From NCBI GenBank assembly GCA_026225215.1, contig JAMFSI010000039.1, positions 8,897-72,896 of the forward strand: a stretch of 64,000 nt of DNA, in the 5' to 3' direction. Positions 27,659 to 35,936 of the stretch are shown piece after piece. This stretch comes from Sphingomonas palustris. Lineage in GTDB: Bacteria; Pseudomonadota; Alphaproteobacteria; Sphingomonadales; Sphingomonadaceae. The notes below the pieces were generated by a model. The model did no database searches. It saw only the letters and a program-made list of their open reading frames with translations, and was not told the DNA's origin. Position 1 is the stretch's first letter; each line of letters opens with the position of its first letter. The translations under genes and the position numbers were made by a program.

Positions 27659-28805
27659 TTTCGGCCTCGAACGCAGCGATCGATTGGCTGAGCGGGCGTG
27701 GCGCGCAAGTCAGGCCGATATAGTCGAGCGCCGACGGTCGATCGAGCCGGCGCAGATAATCGAAATGGGTGAGATATTTGTCGGCGCGGCGCGCCCGATA
27801 CGTCGCCGGGTCGCAATAGCGATGCCAGCGCGGGCTCAGCTGGACCAGGCCCGGCGGTGGTCCGACCGGGCGTGACAAGCAGGGATTGACCAGTGGAATG
27901 CTGGCGCCATCGGTGATCGAGCCGATATCGAGCCAGCGGAACTGGGCCGTGGCCACAAGGTCGAGCACCGCGTGAAAAGCGCGGGCGTCGCGGCGGAAGC
28001 CGACCAGCGGAATACTTCCACCCAGCGTCACCAGCGTGAAATTGTCAGGCAGCACGCCGCCGCGCAGTTCCAGAAGACGCGCCATCACCGGCATCGCCAG
28101 GATCGAGCCGTTGGAATGAGTGACCAGCAGCACTTCGTCGTCATTGTCATCAAGGCTGGCCGAAATCGTTGCGGCGAACTCGTCTAGCCGCACCGCCAGC
28201 GCCGGATCGGTCCGCTCGCGTGCCAGCAGATCGTTGAACATCACGAAGCGCAGCAGCCACAGCCCATGCGCGCGCTCGACCACCGGGATCGCCAGCAGCA
28301 TCGCCAGCAGCGCAGCGGGAAGCAGCGCCAGCACCCAGGGCCAGCCGATCGCATGAAAACCCAGCCCCAACACCAGCCACAGCAGCAGCGTGCCGGGCAG
28401 CGCCACGCGCGCCAGCATCAGCGCCGGAAAGATCAGGGCGATCTTGCTGCCGCGTGGCACGCTTGCCGTTTCGCTCCAGCGGCCCTGGATGAAATAGCGC
28501 CAGTATGTCGCGATCATCTGGCCGAACAGCGGTAGCGCGCCCTTGGGCCAATGCAGCCGCACCAGATCGTCCCAGGCGAGAAAATGGAATTGAGTCAGCC
28601 CGGCGCCATCGCTGCGGGTCACGTCCCAGGCGGAATCGCGGCCCGCCTTGCGACGAGCGCCCAGCGTCAACCGCAGATCGTCCCCCTCCGCCTCGGCGAG
28701 CCGGTTGGCATGCTCGACCTGTTCGCCCAGCAACTGGTGATTAAACCGCGCCCCGCGCGGATCGAATCCGCCCAGGTGCAGAACTTTCCGCTTGAAAGGG
28801 CTCAT
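27651..28805 (-). CDS. membrane-anchored alpha/beta-hydrolase-like protein coupled to the P450
   Basis: KRKVLHLGGFDPRG N-terminus, central hydrophobic helices, VTHSNG nucleophile-elbow-like motif; 8-nt overlap with the P450 start. Confidence 0.75.
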   Translation of the reverse strand: MSPFKRKVLHLGGFDPRGARFNHQLLGEQVEHANRLAEAEGDDLRLTLGARRKAGRDSAWDVTRSDGAGLTQFHFLAWDDLVRLHWPKGALPLFGQMIATYWRYFIQGRWSETASVPRGSKIALIFPALMLARVALPGTLLLWLVLGLGFHAIGWPWVLALLPAALLAMLLAIPVVERAHGLWLLRFVMFNDLLARERTDPALAVRLDEFAATISASLDDNDDEVLLVTHSNGSILAMPVMARLLELRGGVLPDNFTLVTLGGSIPLVGFRRDARAFHAVLDLVATAQFRWLDIGSITDGASIPLVNPCLSRPVGPPPGLVQLSPRWHRYCDPATYRARRADKYLTHFDYLRRLDRPSALDYIGLTCAPRPLSQSIAAFEAENA

Positions 28806-28817
28806 CGTCGGATGCTT

Positions 28818-28922
28818 TAGAACGCGCTGGATGATTTCTCAATCATCCAGCGCGTTTTATCTCCTTGTGGTCGCATCGTTTTAACCGAAAAACCGGTGCC
28901 CACTTTTTCGGACGATGCTTGA
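28818..28922. repeat. ~105-bp double-hairpin element resembling alphaproteobacterial TAG-bounded repeats
   Basis: 16-bp perfect stem AACGCGCTGGATGATT/AATCATCCAGCGCGTT, then GCATCGT..CCGAAAAACCGGTGCCCACTTTTTCGG..ACGATGC. Confidence 0.7.
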
Positions 28923-28925
28923 GGC

Positions 28926-29210
28926 ATGCCTGAAACGGAACGACAATATTGCCTGTTCATGGATGGCAGCAAATACAACCGCAACATCGGCTGCAAGCGC
29001 CACGACAATGCCTATGGCATCAAGGGCGGCGGCACCGAGGTGGAGCGGCGGGCGGCGGACCTGCGGTTCTATCGCCATATGCGCGGGGAGGGCGATCCGC
29101 TGGCGCTGCTGGTGCTGGCAGCGGTCAGCTTGTTCGGCTGGTTCTTCTTCAATTACCACGGCCGACCCTGGCGTGGTCAGCTCGTGCGCAAGATTTTCCC
29201 CCGTTATTGA
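28926..29210 (+). CDS. small protein with a PLA2/DUF1353-like CxxHDxxY motif
   Basis: GCKRHDNAY...GG...RRAADLRF...AVSLFGWFFFNY; GAGG RBS. Confidence 0.6.
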   Translation: MPETERQYCLFMDGSKYNRNIGCKRHDNAYGIKGGGTEVERRAADLRFYRHMRGEGDPLALLVLAAVSLFGWFFFNYHGRPWRGQLVRKIFPRY

Positions 29211-29240
29211 GCGTTCACACTAAACGTCTATAGCGCGGCC

Positions 29241-30116
29241 ATGACTGAAGAAGAACAGGCGCAGATCGCGCATCGCCGATTCTACAAAGCCGAGCAGGAA
29301 GCCGATTTCGTCGATGCTCAAGCCAGCGATACGCCGCAGACGCGCAGCCCATCCTACCAATTGGCATTCCGCGATACCGATTTTCTGTTGCGCGACGAAT
29401 TACGTCCGGTGCGCTTTCAGCTCGAATTGCTCAAGACCGAGATGCTGCTCGATGAAGCCGGGATCGGCTCGACGCTGGTGGTCTATGGCTCGGCCCGCAT
29501 CCCCGCGCCGGAGGCGGCACAAGCGCTGATCGATGGCGCAAAAACGTCCGAGGATAAGACCGTGGCCGAGCGGCTCGCCGCCAATGCGAAATATTATGAC
29601 GAGGCGCGCAAGCTGGCCAGGATCGCCGGCGAGAAGGCCATCGTCGAGAAGGGCCAGCGACAATTCGTGGTTTGCTCGGGCGGCGGCCCGTCGATCATGG
29701 AAGCAGCCAATCGCGGTGCTGTGGAGGCTGGCGCCGAGACCATCGGGTTGAACATCGTCCTTCCCCACGAACAGGCGCCCAACCGCTACGTGACCCCGCG
29801 CCTCGCTTTCCAGTTCCACTATTTCGCGCTGCGCAAGATGCATTTCCTGCTGCGTGCTCGTGCGGTCGCGGTATTTCCCGGGGGCTTTGGCACGCTCGAC
29901 GAGATGATGGAACTGCTCACCCTGATCCAGACCGGCAAGATGCGCCCGATCCCGGTGCTGCTGTTCGGCGGCGAGTTCTGGAACAAGGTGATCAATTTCG
30001 AAGCGATGGCCGCCGAAGGTGTGGTCAGCCGCGCCGATCTCGCGCTGTTTACACAGGTCGAGACGGCGGAGCAGGCCTGGGCGGAGATCGCCCGGTTTTA
30101 TGAGATCGACGAATAG
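29241..30116 (+). CDS. LOG-family phosphoribohydrolase (TIGR00730-like)
   Basis: VYGSAR, SGGGPSIMEAANRGA, PGGFGTLDE. Confidence 0.93.
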   Translation: MTEEEQAQIAHRRFYKAEQEADFVDAQASDTPQTRSPSYQLAFRDTDFLLRDELRPVRFQLELLKTEMLLDEAGIGSTLVVYGSARIPAPEAAQALIDGAKTSEDKTVAERLAANAKYYDEARKLARIAGEKAIVEKGQRQFVVCSGGGPSIMEAANRGAVEAGAETIGLNIVLPHEQAPNRYVTPRLAFQFHYFALRKMHFLLRARAVAVFPGGFGTLDEMMELLTLIQTGKMRPIPVLLFGGEFWNKVINFEAMAAEGVVSRADLALFTQVETAEQAWAEIARFYEIDE

Positions 30117-30123
30117 GCTTTTT

Positions 30124-30237
30124 CTCCCCGCCCGCTTGCGGGAGGGGCTGGGGGTGGGCACTTTCTTCCTATTCTTCCTGGTTCTGCGCCTAAAAAGAAG
30201 GGCCCACCCCCGGCCCCTCCCGTAAACGGGCGGGGAG
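30124..30237. repeat. REP-like palindrome pair, type CTCCCCGCCCGCTTGCGGGAGGGG (copy 2 of 2)
   Basis: Arms nearly identical to 22184; shorter, unrelated spacer. Confidence 0.92.
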
Positions 30238-30250
30238 CAGGCAGGCTTCT

Positions 30251-31003
30251 CTACCGCATGACCTGCGCATGGCCTAACGGCCCAGCGCCTTCGCCAAAAC
30301 CCGGCGCTTTCCGCAGCGCTGTCCGGACGAACTCTCTCGCGCGTTCCACCGCTTCGGGCAGACTGGCCCCGCGCCCCAGTTCGGTGGCGACCGCGCTGGA
30401 TAGGGTGCAGCCGGTGCCGTGGGTATGGCGCGTTTCGATGCGTGGCGCGGCATAGGTATGCGGAGCTTCGCCCGGGATCGTCAGCACATCCTCGACCACC
30501 GCGCCGGGCCGGTCGCCGCCCTTGGCCAGCCATGCGCGGCCATGGGCCACCATCGCCCCGCTGCCGCCCAGCACCGCCAGTTCGCTGACATTGGGCGTGG
30601 TCAATGTGGCCAGTCGGATCAGTACGGCGAAGCTGGCGATCGTAGCGGCATCGGCGAGTTCATCGCCGCTGCTGGCGACGATCACCGGGTCGAAGACGAT
30701 CGGGACCTTGCCATCCAGCGCTGCCAGCCGCTCCGCCACGCGCGCGGCGATGGTCGCGTTGCCCAACATGCCGATCTTGATCGCATCCGCGCCGATGTCG
30801 CTCAAACAGGCGTCGATCTGCGCCAGGACCAGATCGGGCTCCAGCGCTTGTACCGCCGAAACGCCCCGCGTGTTCTGCACGGTGATCGCGGTGATCGCGG
30901 TCATCGCATAGCCGCCAAGCATGGTGACGGTCTTGATATCGGCCTGAATCCCCGCGCCGCCCGAACTATCCGAGCCGGCGATGGCCAAAATGCGCGGGAT
31001 CAT
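30251..31003 (-). CDS. thiD: hydroxymethylpyrimidine/phosphomethylpyrimidine kinase
   Basis: IAGSDSSGGAGIQADIKT, TPN..E, KGG, HTHGTGCTLSSA; start ATG 31003. Confidence 0.95.
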   Translation of the reverse strand: MIPRILAIAGSDSSGGAGIQADIKTVTMLGGYAMTAITAITVQNTRGVSAVQALEPDLVLAQIDACLSDIGADAIKIGMLGNATIAARVAERLAALDGKVPIVFDPVIVASSGDELADAATIASFAVLIRLATLTTPNVSELAVLGGSGAMVAHGRAWLAKGGDRPGAVVEDVLTIPGEAPHTYAAPRIETRHTHGTGCTLSSAVATELGRGASLPEAVERAREFVRTALRKAPGFGEGAGPLGHAQVMR

Positions 31004-31227
31004 CAGCCCTTGAAATGCCGTTCGAGCGAAGGCGGATGCTTGGCGTGGAGATGTCGCGCGCGGGTGGGTCGGTCGAGTAATTCGCCACCGCAATTGGGGC
31101 AGCGTTCGTCGAGATCCTCGGTGCAGTCGGCACAGAAGGTGCATTCCACACTGCAGATGAACGCGCCGGCATCCTGTGCCGGAAGGTCCATGCCGCAGCG
31201 TTCGCAATCGGGGCGCATCTCAAGCAT
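31003..31227 (-). CDS. DUF1272 zinc-binding small protein
   Basis: MLEMRPDCERC...ICSVECTFCADC...CPNCGGEL..RP. Confidence 0.88.
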   Translation of the reverse strand: MLEMRPDCERCGMDLPAQDAGAFICSVECTFCADCTEDLDERCPNCGGELLDRPTRARHLHAKHPPSLERHFKG

Positions 31228-31324
31228 GCCCGCATCTTGCCAGCAAATCACCCTCGGCAAAAGGGTGAAGCGTGGGGCGGTTACAAAATGGTGCAAGGTT
31301 TTCAGGGGCGAGGTGAGTCTGTGT

Positions 31325-31471
31325 CTGGTTCGAAACTCCCGTACCGGGAGTTTCCAAGTCTGTGCCGTCCCGCTCCCCCCGGGGTGGTACCACCCCGAGG
31401 GTACCTTTAACGGGTGGTTGGGCCGGGGGAGCGGGACGGCACAGACTATCCGAAACGAAGTTTCGGATCAG
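31325..31471. repeat. three-hairpin palindromic element, copy B (147 bp)
   Basis: GAAACTCCC gtacc GGGAGTTTC; central AGTCTGTGCCGTCCCGC stem; TCCGAAAC gaa GTTTCGGATCAG. Confidence 0.95.
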
Positions 31472-31974
31472 GCGCGTAAACGCATCGCATAAGAGGGATC
31501 GTTACGATTGCGCTCGCCTCCTCGGCTGCCGAAGCCCTGCTCTACCGGCGGGTTCGGATCGAGGCGGTTGAAATCGAGGAGCATGATGCGCCGGGCGATC
31601 CGCCACTCCCCATCGCGCCGCTCCATGCGGTCAATGTAGCGCCCCGAGGCGACAAAATCGCGCTCCGGTCCGGTATCGCTGGCAGCGATGCGGTGCGACG
31701 ATATGGTGTAATGCTCGGCCCAGGCGGCATCGCCATCGACTTCGACCAGTTGATTGCCGGTATTGTGCCAAGTGACGGTATAATTACTTAGCATCTGGCG
31801 GCCGAGGGCGATGAATTCATCGACATTGAGAGGCTTGTGCAGCTCGATCACCGCGTCGGGATGAAAACAGGAGCGCATCAATTCTTCGTCGCGGCGGTCA
31901 TTGGCCCGACAATAACGGATGTGGACATCCTTGATTTCGGATTCAGCGATCACATCGTCGATGGTCTTTGGCAT
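31468..31974 (-). CDS. SnoaL/NTF2-like protein
   Basis: RYCRANDRRD...HNTGNQLVEVDGD.AWAEHY...GRYIDRMERRDGEWRI..R; its stop codon lies in the terminus of element B. Confidence 0.9.
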   Translation of the reverse strand: MPKTIDDVIAESEIKDVHIRYCRANDRRDEELMRSCFHPDAVIELHKPLNVDEFIALGRQMLSNYTVTWHNTGNQLVEVDGDAAWAEHYTISSHRIAASDTGPERDFVASGRYIDRMERRDGEWRIARRIMLLDFNRLDPNPPVEQGFGSRGGERNRNDPSYAMRLRA

Positions 31975-32018
31975 AGATCGTTCCCATAGTATATTGTTTT
32001 ATATGTATTAGCTCAATA

Positions 32019-33359
32019 TCAAGCCGCTGCTGCAGCTACCGCCTCGCAGATCGCCTCGACCACGCTGGTCACTTCGCCTTCATCGTCGCTCTCGGCCATC
32101 ACCCGGATCACCGGTTCGGTGCCCGAGGGGCGGATCACCAGCCGACCGTGCCCGGCCAATTGCGCTTCGGCCTCCGCGATTACCGTCTGCACGCGCGCAT
32201 TGTCCAGCGGTTTGCCGCCGGAAAAACGCACGTTTTTCAGGAGCTGCGGCACAGCGTCGAACTGGTGCAGCAACTCGCTGGCGCGTTTGCCCGATTTGAC
32301 CAGTGCGGCGAGCACTTGCAGCGCAGCGATGGTGCCGTCGCCGGTGGTGGCGTGATCGAGCATGATCATATGCCCGGATTGCTCGCCGCCGACATTGTAG
32401 CCGCCGCGCCGCATTGCTTCGAGCACATTGCGGTCACCCACGGCGGTGCGCAGGAGGGACAGGCCGCGCGCATTCAGACAGCGCTCGAGCCCGAGGTTCG
32501 ACATCACCGTGGCGACCACGCCGCCGCCGCGCAATTCGCCGCGCGCCGCCAGTTGCGAGCCGATCAGCGCCATGATCTGATCGCCATCGACCTCGGCGCC
32601 ATTTTCATCAACGACGATTACCCGGTCGGCGTCGCCATCCAGAGCGATGCCGATGTCGGCGCCCGAGGCGACCACGGTTTCCTTGACCAGATCGAGATGA
32701 GTCGAGCCGCAGTGGTCATTGATGTTACGGCCATTGGGAGAAACGCCGATGGCGATCACTTCGCCGCCCAGTTCCCAGATCACCGTCGGGGCAACCTGAT
32801 AAGCGGCGCCATTAGCGCAATCGACGACGATCTTGAGCTTATCGAGCCGGATCTCGTCAGGCAGCGCGCTTTTGACCGCGTGGATATAGCGCCCGCGCGC
32901 GTCGTCGATCCGGCGCGCGCGCCCGATTTCGGCGGAAGCGGCGAGCGGCTGCTGGCTGGCGATCATCGCCTCGATCGCCAGTTCGTCATCGTCGGACAGT
33001 TTGAAACCGTCCGGGCCGAACAGCTTGATGCCGTTATCTTCATAGGGATTATGGCTGGCCGAGATCATCACCCCGACATCGGCGCGCATCTCGCGGGTCA
33101 GCAGAGCAACGGCGGGCGTGGGCATCGGCCCGGTCATCACCACGTCCATGCCGACGCTGGTGAAGCCCGCGACCATCGCGCTTTCCAGCATATAGCCCGA
33201 AAGCCGCGTATCCTTGCCGATGACGACACGATGGCGGTGGCCACCGCGCAGGAAGCGGATGCCCGCGGCCTGGCCGACCCGCATCGCGATATCCGCGGTC
33301 ATTACCCCCGCATTGGTGCGGCCGCGGATGCCGTCGGTGCCGAAATACTGCCGTCCCAT
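32019..33359 (-). CDS. glmM: phosphoglucosamine mutase
   Basis: [36 protein letters not shown]. Confidence 0.97.
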   Translation of the reverse strand: MGRQYFGTDGIRGRTNAGVMTADIAMRVGQAAGIRFLRGGHRHRVVIGKDTRLSGYMLESAMVAGFTSVGMDVVMTGPMPTPAVALLTREMRADVGVMISASHNPYEDNGIKLFGPDGFKLSDDDELAIEAMIASQQPLAASAEIGRARRIDDARGRYIHAVKSALPDEIRLDKLKIVVDCANGAAYQVAPTVIWELGGEVIAIGVSPNGRNINDHCGSTHLDLVKETVVASGADIGIALDGDADRVIVVDENGAEVDGDQIMALIGSQLAARGELRGGGVVATVMSNLGLERCLNARGLSLLRTAVGDRNVLEAMRRGGYNVGGEQSGHMIMLDHATTGDGTIAALQVLAALVKSGKRASELLHQFDAVPQLLKNVRFSGGKPLDNARVQTVIAEAEAQLAGHGRLVIRPSGTEPVIRVMAESDDEGEVTSVVEAICEAVAAAAA

Positions 33360-33463
33360 GTCTGTCCCCGTATGTCGTGGCGGGCCTCGTGGCCGGAATT
33401 TGCCAAGGCTGTTGCCCGATGTATTAGTATGTCGCTTGGTAATGTCACCCGGATCAACAGCGC

Positions 33464-34786
33464 ATGAACAGGGAAATTATGGCCGCTGCTGACGAGAATG
33501 CCCAGCCCGCTGCGATGGCGCTGCCCGAAATTCGCGTACCCGCCGGTATGACGTTGGTGGCGCTGGTGGCAGGGCTGGTGCTCGGCATTTTCGCGAATGG
33601 TGGCAGGCTTGGCTGGCTGGTGGCGGTCACAGGGCCGGTGGGGTCGCTGTGGATGCGCGGGCTGGAGATGACGATCCTGCCGCTGGTGGTATCGCTGCTG
33701 GTGGTGGGCGTGGTTCAAACTGTGGCGGCAGCTTCGGCGGGGGCGATGGCGCGGCGCACGCTCGGGCTGTTTGCCGGGGTGTTGGTCAGCGGCACGGTGA
33801 TGGCGGCTGTGGCGATGCCGTTGCTGCTCGACGCGCTGCCGATCCCGGCGCGCGCCACAGCTGGGCTCGCGCAAGCGGCGCTGAACCCTGCGGCGGGGCC
33901 GCTGGTGGTCCCAGGGCTCGCCGCTTTCGTCGAATCGCTGGTGCCGGCCAATGTGCTGGCCTCGGCCAGCGGCGGTGCGATCCTGCCGACGATTGTGTTC
34001 TTCGCGCTGTTCGCGCTGGCCACCACGCGCTTGCCCGCACCGCAGCGCGGCCACATCGTGCTGTTGTTCGAAGCGCTGGCGGGGGCGATGATGGTGATCA
34101 TCGGCTGGATGCTGGCCCTGGCGCCGATCGGCGTGTTCGCGCTCAGCCTGAGCGTGGCGGCGCAAAGCGGCGGTGCAGCGATCGGCATGCTGGCGCATTA
34201 CATCGCGCTGGTCAGCGGGGTGGGCGCGGCGGTGATGCTGAGTGGCTATGCGCTGGCGGTGATCGCTGGCGGGCTCTCGCTCGGCGCTTATGCCAAAGCG
34301 ATGCTGCCGGTCCAGGCGGTGGCGCTATCGACGCAAAGCTCGCTCGCCAGCCTGCCGGCGATGCTGGCGGCGTGCCGCAAGCTGGGCATCGGCGATGCCA
34401 GCGCCGAATTCGTGCTGCCGCTGGCAGTGGCGCTGTTTCGCGCGACCGGCCCGGCGATGAACCTGGCGGTGGTGATTTATGTGGCGCGACTGACCGGGGT
34501 GCCGTTGAACCCGGCGTTGCTGGCCGTCGGTGTGATCGTCGCTTGCCTGACTACGCTCGGGGCACCCTCGATTTCGGGCACGGTCAGCTATATCAGTTCG
34601 ATCGGCCCGATTGCTCTGGCCATGGGCGTGCCGGTGGCGCCGCTCGCGCTGCTGGTGGCGGTGGAAATGCTGCCCGACCTGATGCGCACATTGGGCAATG
34701 TCGTGATGGACGTGGCGGCAGCTGCGGTGGTGGCCCGCTGGGCGCGAACAGCGGAAACGGGGCGAGAAATCCCTACCGTTCACTAA
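33464..34786 (+). CDS. dicarboxylate/amino acid:cation symporter (DAACS)
   Basis: [10 protein letters not shown] (serine-rich HP1), [14 protein letters not shown]; many TM helices. Confidence 0.9.
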   Translation: MNREIMAAADENAQPAAMALPEIRVPAGMTLVALVAGLVLGIFANGGRLGWLVAVTGPVGSLWMRGLEMTILPLVVSLLVVGVVQTVAAASAGAMARRTLGLFAGVLVSGTVMAAVAMPLLLDALPIPARATAGLAQAALNPAAGPLVVPGLAAFVESLVPANVLASASGGAILPTIVFFALFALATTRLPAPQRGHIVLLFEALAGAMMVIIGWMLALAPIGVFALSLSVAAQSGGAAIGMLAHYIALVSGVGAAVMLSGYALAVIAGGLSLGAYAKAMLPVQAVALSTQSSLASLPAMLAACRKLGIGDASAEFVLPLAVALFRATGPAMNLAVVIYVARLTGVPLNPALLAVGVIVACLTTLGAPSISGTVSYISSIGPIALAMGVPVAPLALLVAVEMLPDLMRTLGNVVMDVAAAAVVARWARTAETGREIPTVH

Positions 34787-34792
34787 CTCAAA

Positions 34793-34881
34793 CCCGTCCG
34801 TGCTGAGCTTGTCGAAGCATTGCCTTGTTCTTCTACCGGAGAAAAGAAGGACAGTGCTTCGACAAGCTCAGCATGGACGGG
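34793..34881. repeat. REP-like palindrome, type CCCGTCC..GAGCTTGTCGAAGC (copy 2 of 3)
   Basis: Same arms as 10651; between convergent genes. Confidence 0.92.
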
Positions 34882-34896
34882 AAGGGGGGATTGGTA

Positions 34897-35481
34897 TCAG
34901 CTCTTGATTTCCGTGGCGCGTTGCAATTCTTCCATGATTGCCGAATTGGCCACTGGATCGCCCTTGCCACGGCGACTGATTGCGCCATCCTCGATCATGA
35001 TCGCCAGTTGCGCGCGGGCCCGCCCGACCCGGCTTTTGATCGTCCCCACCGCGCATCCGGCAATGGCGGCGGCTTCCTCATACGAAAAGCCGCCGGCGCC
35101 GATCAGCAGCAACGCTTCGCGCCGTTCGGGGGCCAGCGTCATCAGCGCGCGATGCAGGTCCGACAAATGCAGCGGCGCCTCCTGTTCGGCCGGGGCCGAA
35201 AGGATGCGCTCGGCAACGGTTTCGTCATAATCGCCCTGGAAGCGGCTGCGGCGCAGGCCGGAGAGATAGACGTTGCGCAGGATTACGAAGGTCCAGGCGC
35301 GGATGCTGGTGCCCGGCTCGAAGCGCTCGCGCGCGGTCCACGCTTTCAGCAGCGTCTCCTGTACGAGATCGTCGGCGACATCGCTTTTCCCGCAGAGCCC
35401 CCGCGCGAAGGCGCGCAGATGCGGAATGACGGCAGTTAAGTCGCGCTTGAACTCGGGCAGTGGGAATGGGGCATCCGACAT
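34897..35481 (-). CDS. ecfG: general-stress ECF sigma factor (EcfG/sigma-T type)
   Basis: PHLRAFARGL, ADDLVQETLLKAW, FSYEEAAAI.GCAVGTIKSRVGRAR; coupled to nepR. Confidence 0.9.
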   Translation of the reverse strand: MSDAPFPLPEFKRDLTAVIPHLRAFARGLCGKSDVADDLVQETLLKAWTARERFEPGTSIRAWTFVILRNVYLSGLRRSRFQGDYDETVAERILSAPAEQEAPLHLSDLHRALMTLAPERREALLLIGAGGFSYEEAAAIAGCAVGTIKSRVGRARAQLAIMIEDGAISRRGKGDPVANSAIMEELQRATEIKS

Positions 35482-35756
35482 CAGTCTTCCGCATCCAGCT
35501 GTGACAGCAGATCGATAAAGCTATCGGGCAGCGGTTCTTCGACGACAGCATCATAGAGTTGGCGCAAGTCCTTGGCCCAAGCCGGGCTGGCCGGCGTATC
35601 GCCCATGGGTGGCTCGCCGCCGGATGGCGATTCGGGCGCGGATTCGGCGGGTTGCGAAGTTTTGGCGGGGCCTCCTTCGGGAGGATCTTCGGGACCGGCT
35701 TTGGGGGATGAGGAACCGGTGACCGGCGCGCGCGGATTGCGAGGTTCATTCTGCAC
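35481..35756 (-). CDS. nepR: NepR anti-sigma factor
   Basis: LRQLYDAVVEEPLPDSFIDLLSQLD signature. Confidence 0.9.
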   Translation of the reverse strand: MQNEPRNPRAPVTGSSSPKAGPEDPPEGGPAKTSQPAESAPESPSGGEPPMGDTPASPAWAKDLRQLYDAVVEEPLPDSFIDLLSQLDAED

Positions 35757-35838
35757 GATATTTCTCTGTCCCCATGTCGTCCCGCAACGACGCGCCTATT
35801 CGCTTGCGGCTCGCCCAGCCAATCAACGGACTTTTGCA

Positions 35839-35865
35839 GGAACGAAAGCCACCCGTTTAAGTTCC
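35839..35865. promoter_or_regulatory. overlapping two-way EcfG promoter GGAAC-N17-GTTCC
   Basis: Plus: GGAAC 35839-43, 17 nt, GTT 35861-63. Minus: GGAAC 35865-61, 17 nt, GTT 35843-41. Confidence 0.8.
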
Positions 35866-35936
35866 CGTCATTCCGTGAATTGCGGTATCCGTCGAGTCGA
35901 ATTGACAGATGCCTGGGGATGGGATCAAGGAACACC

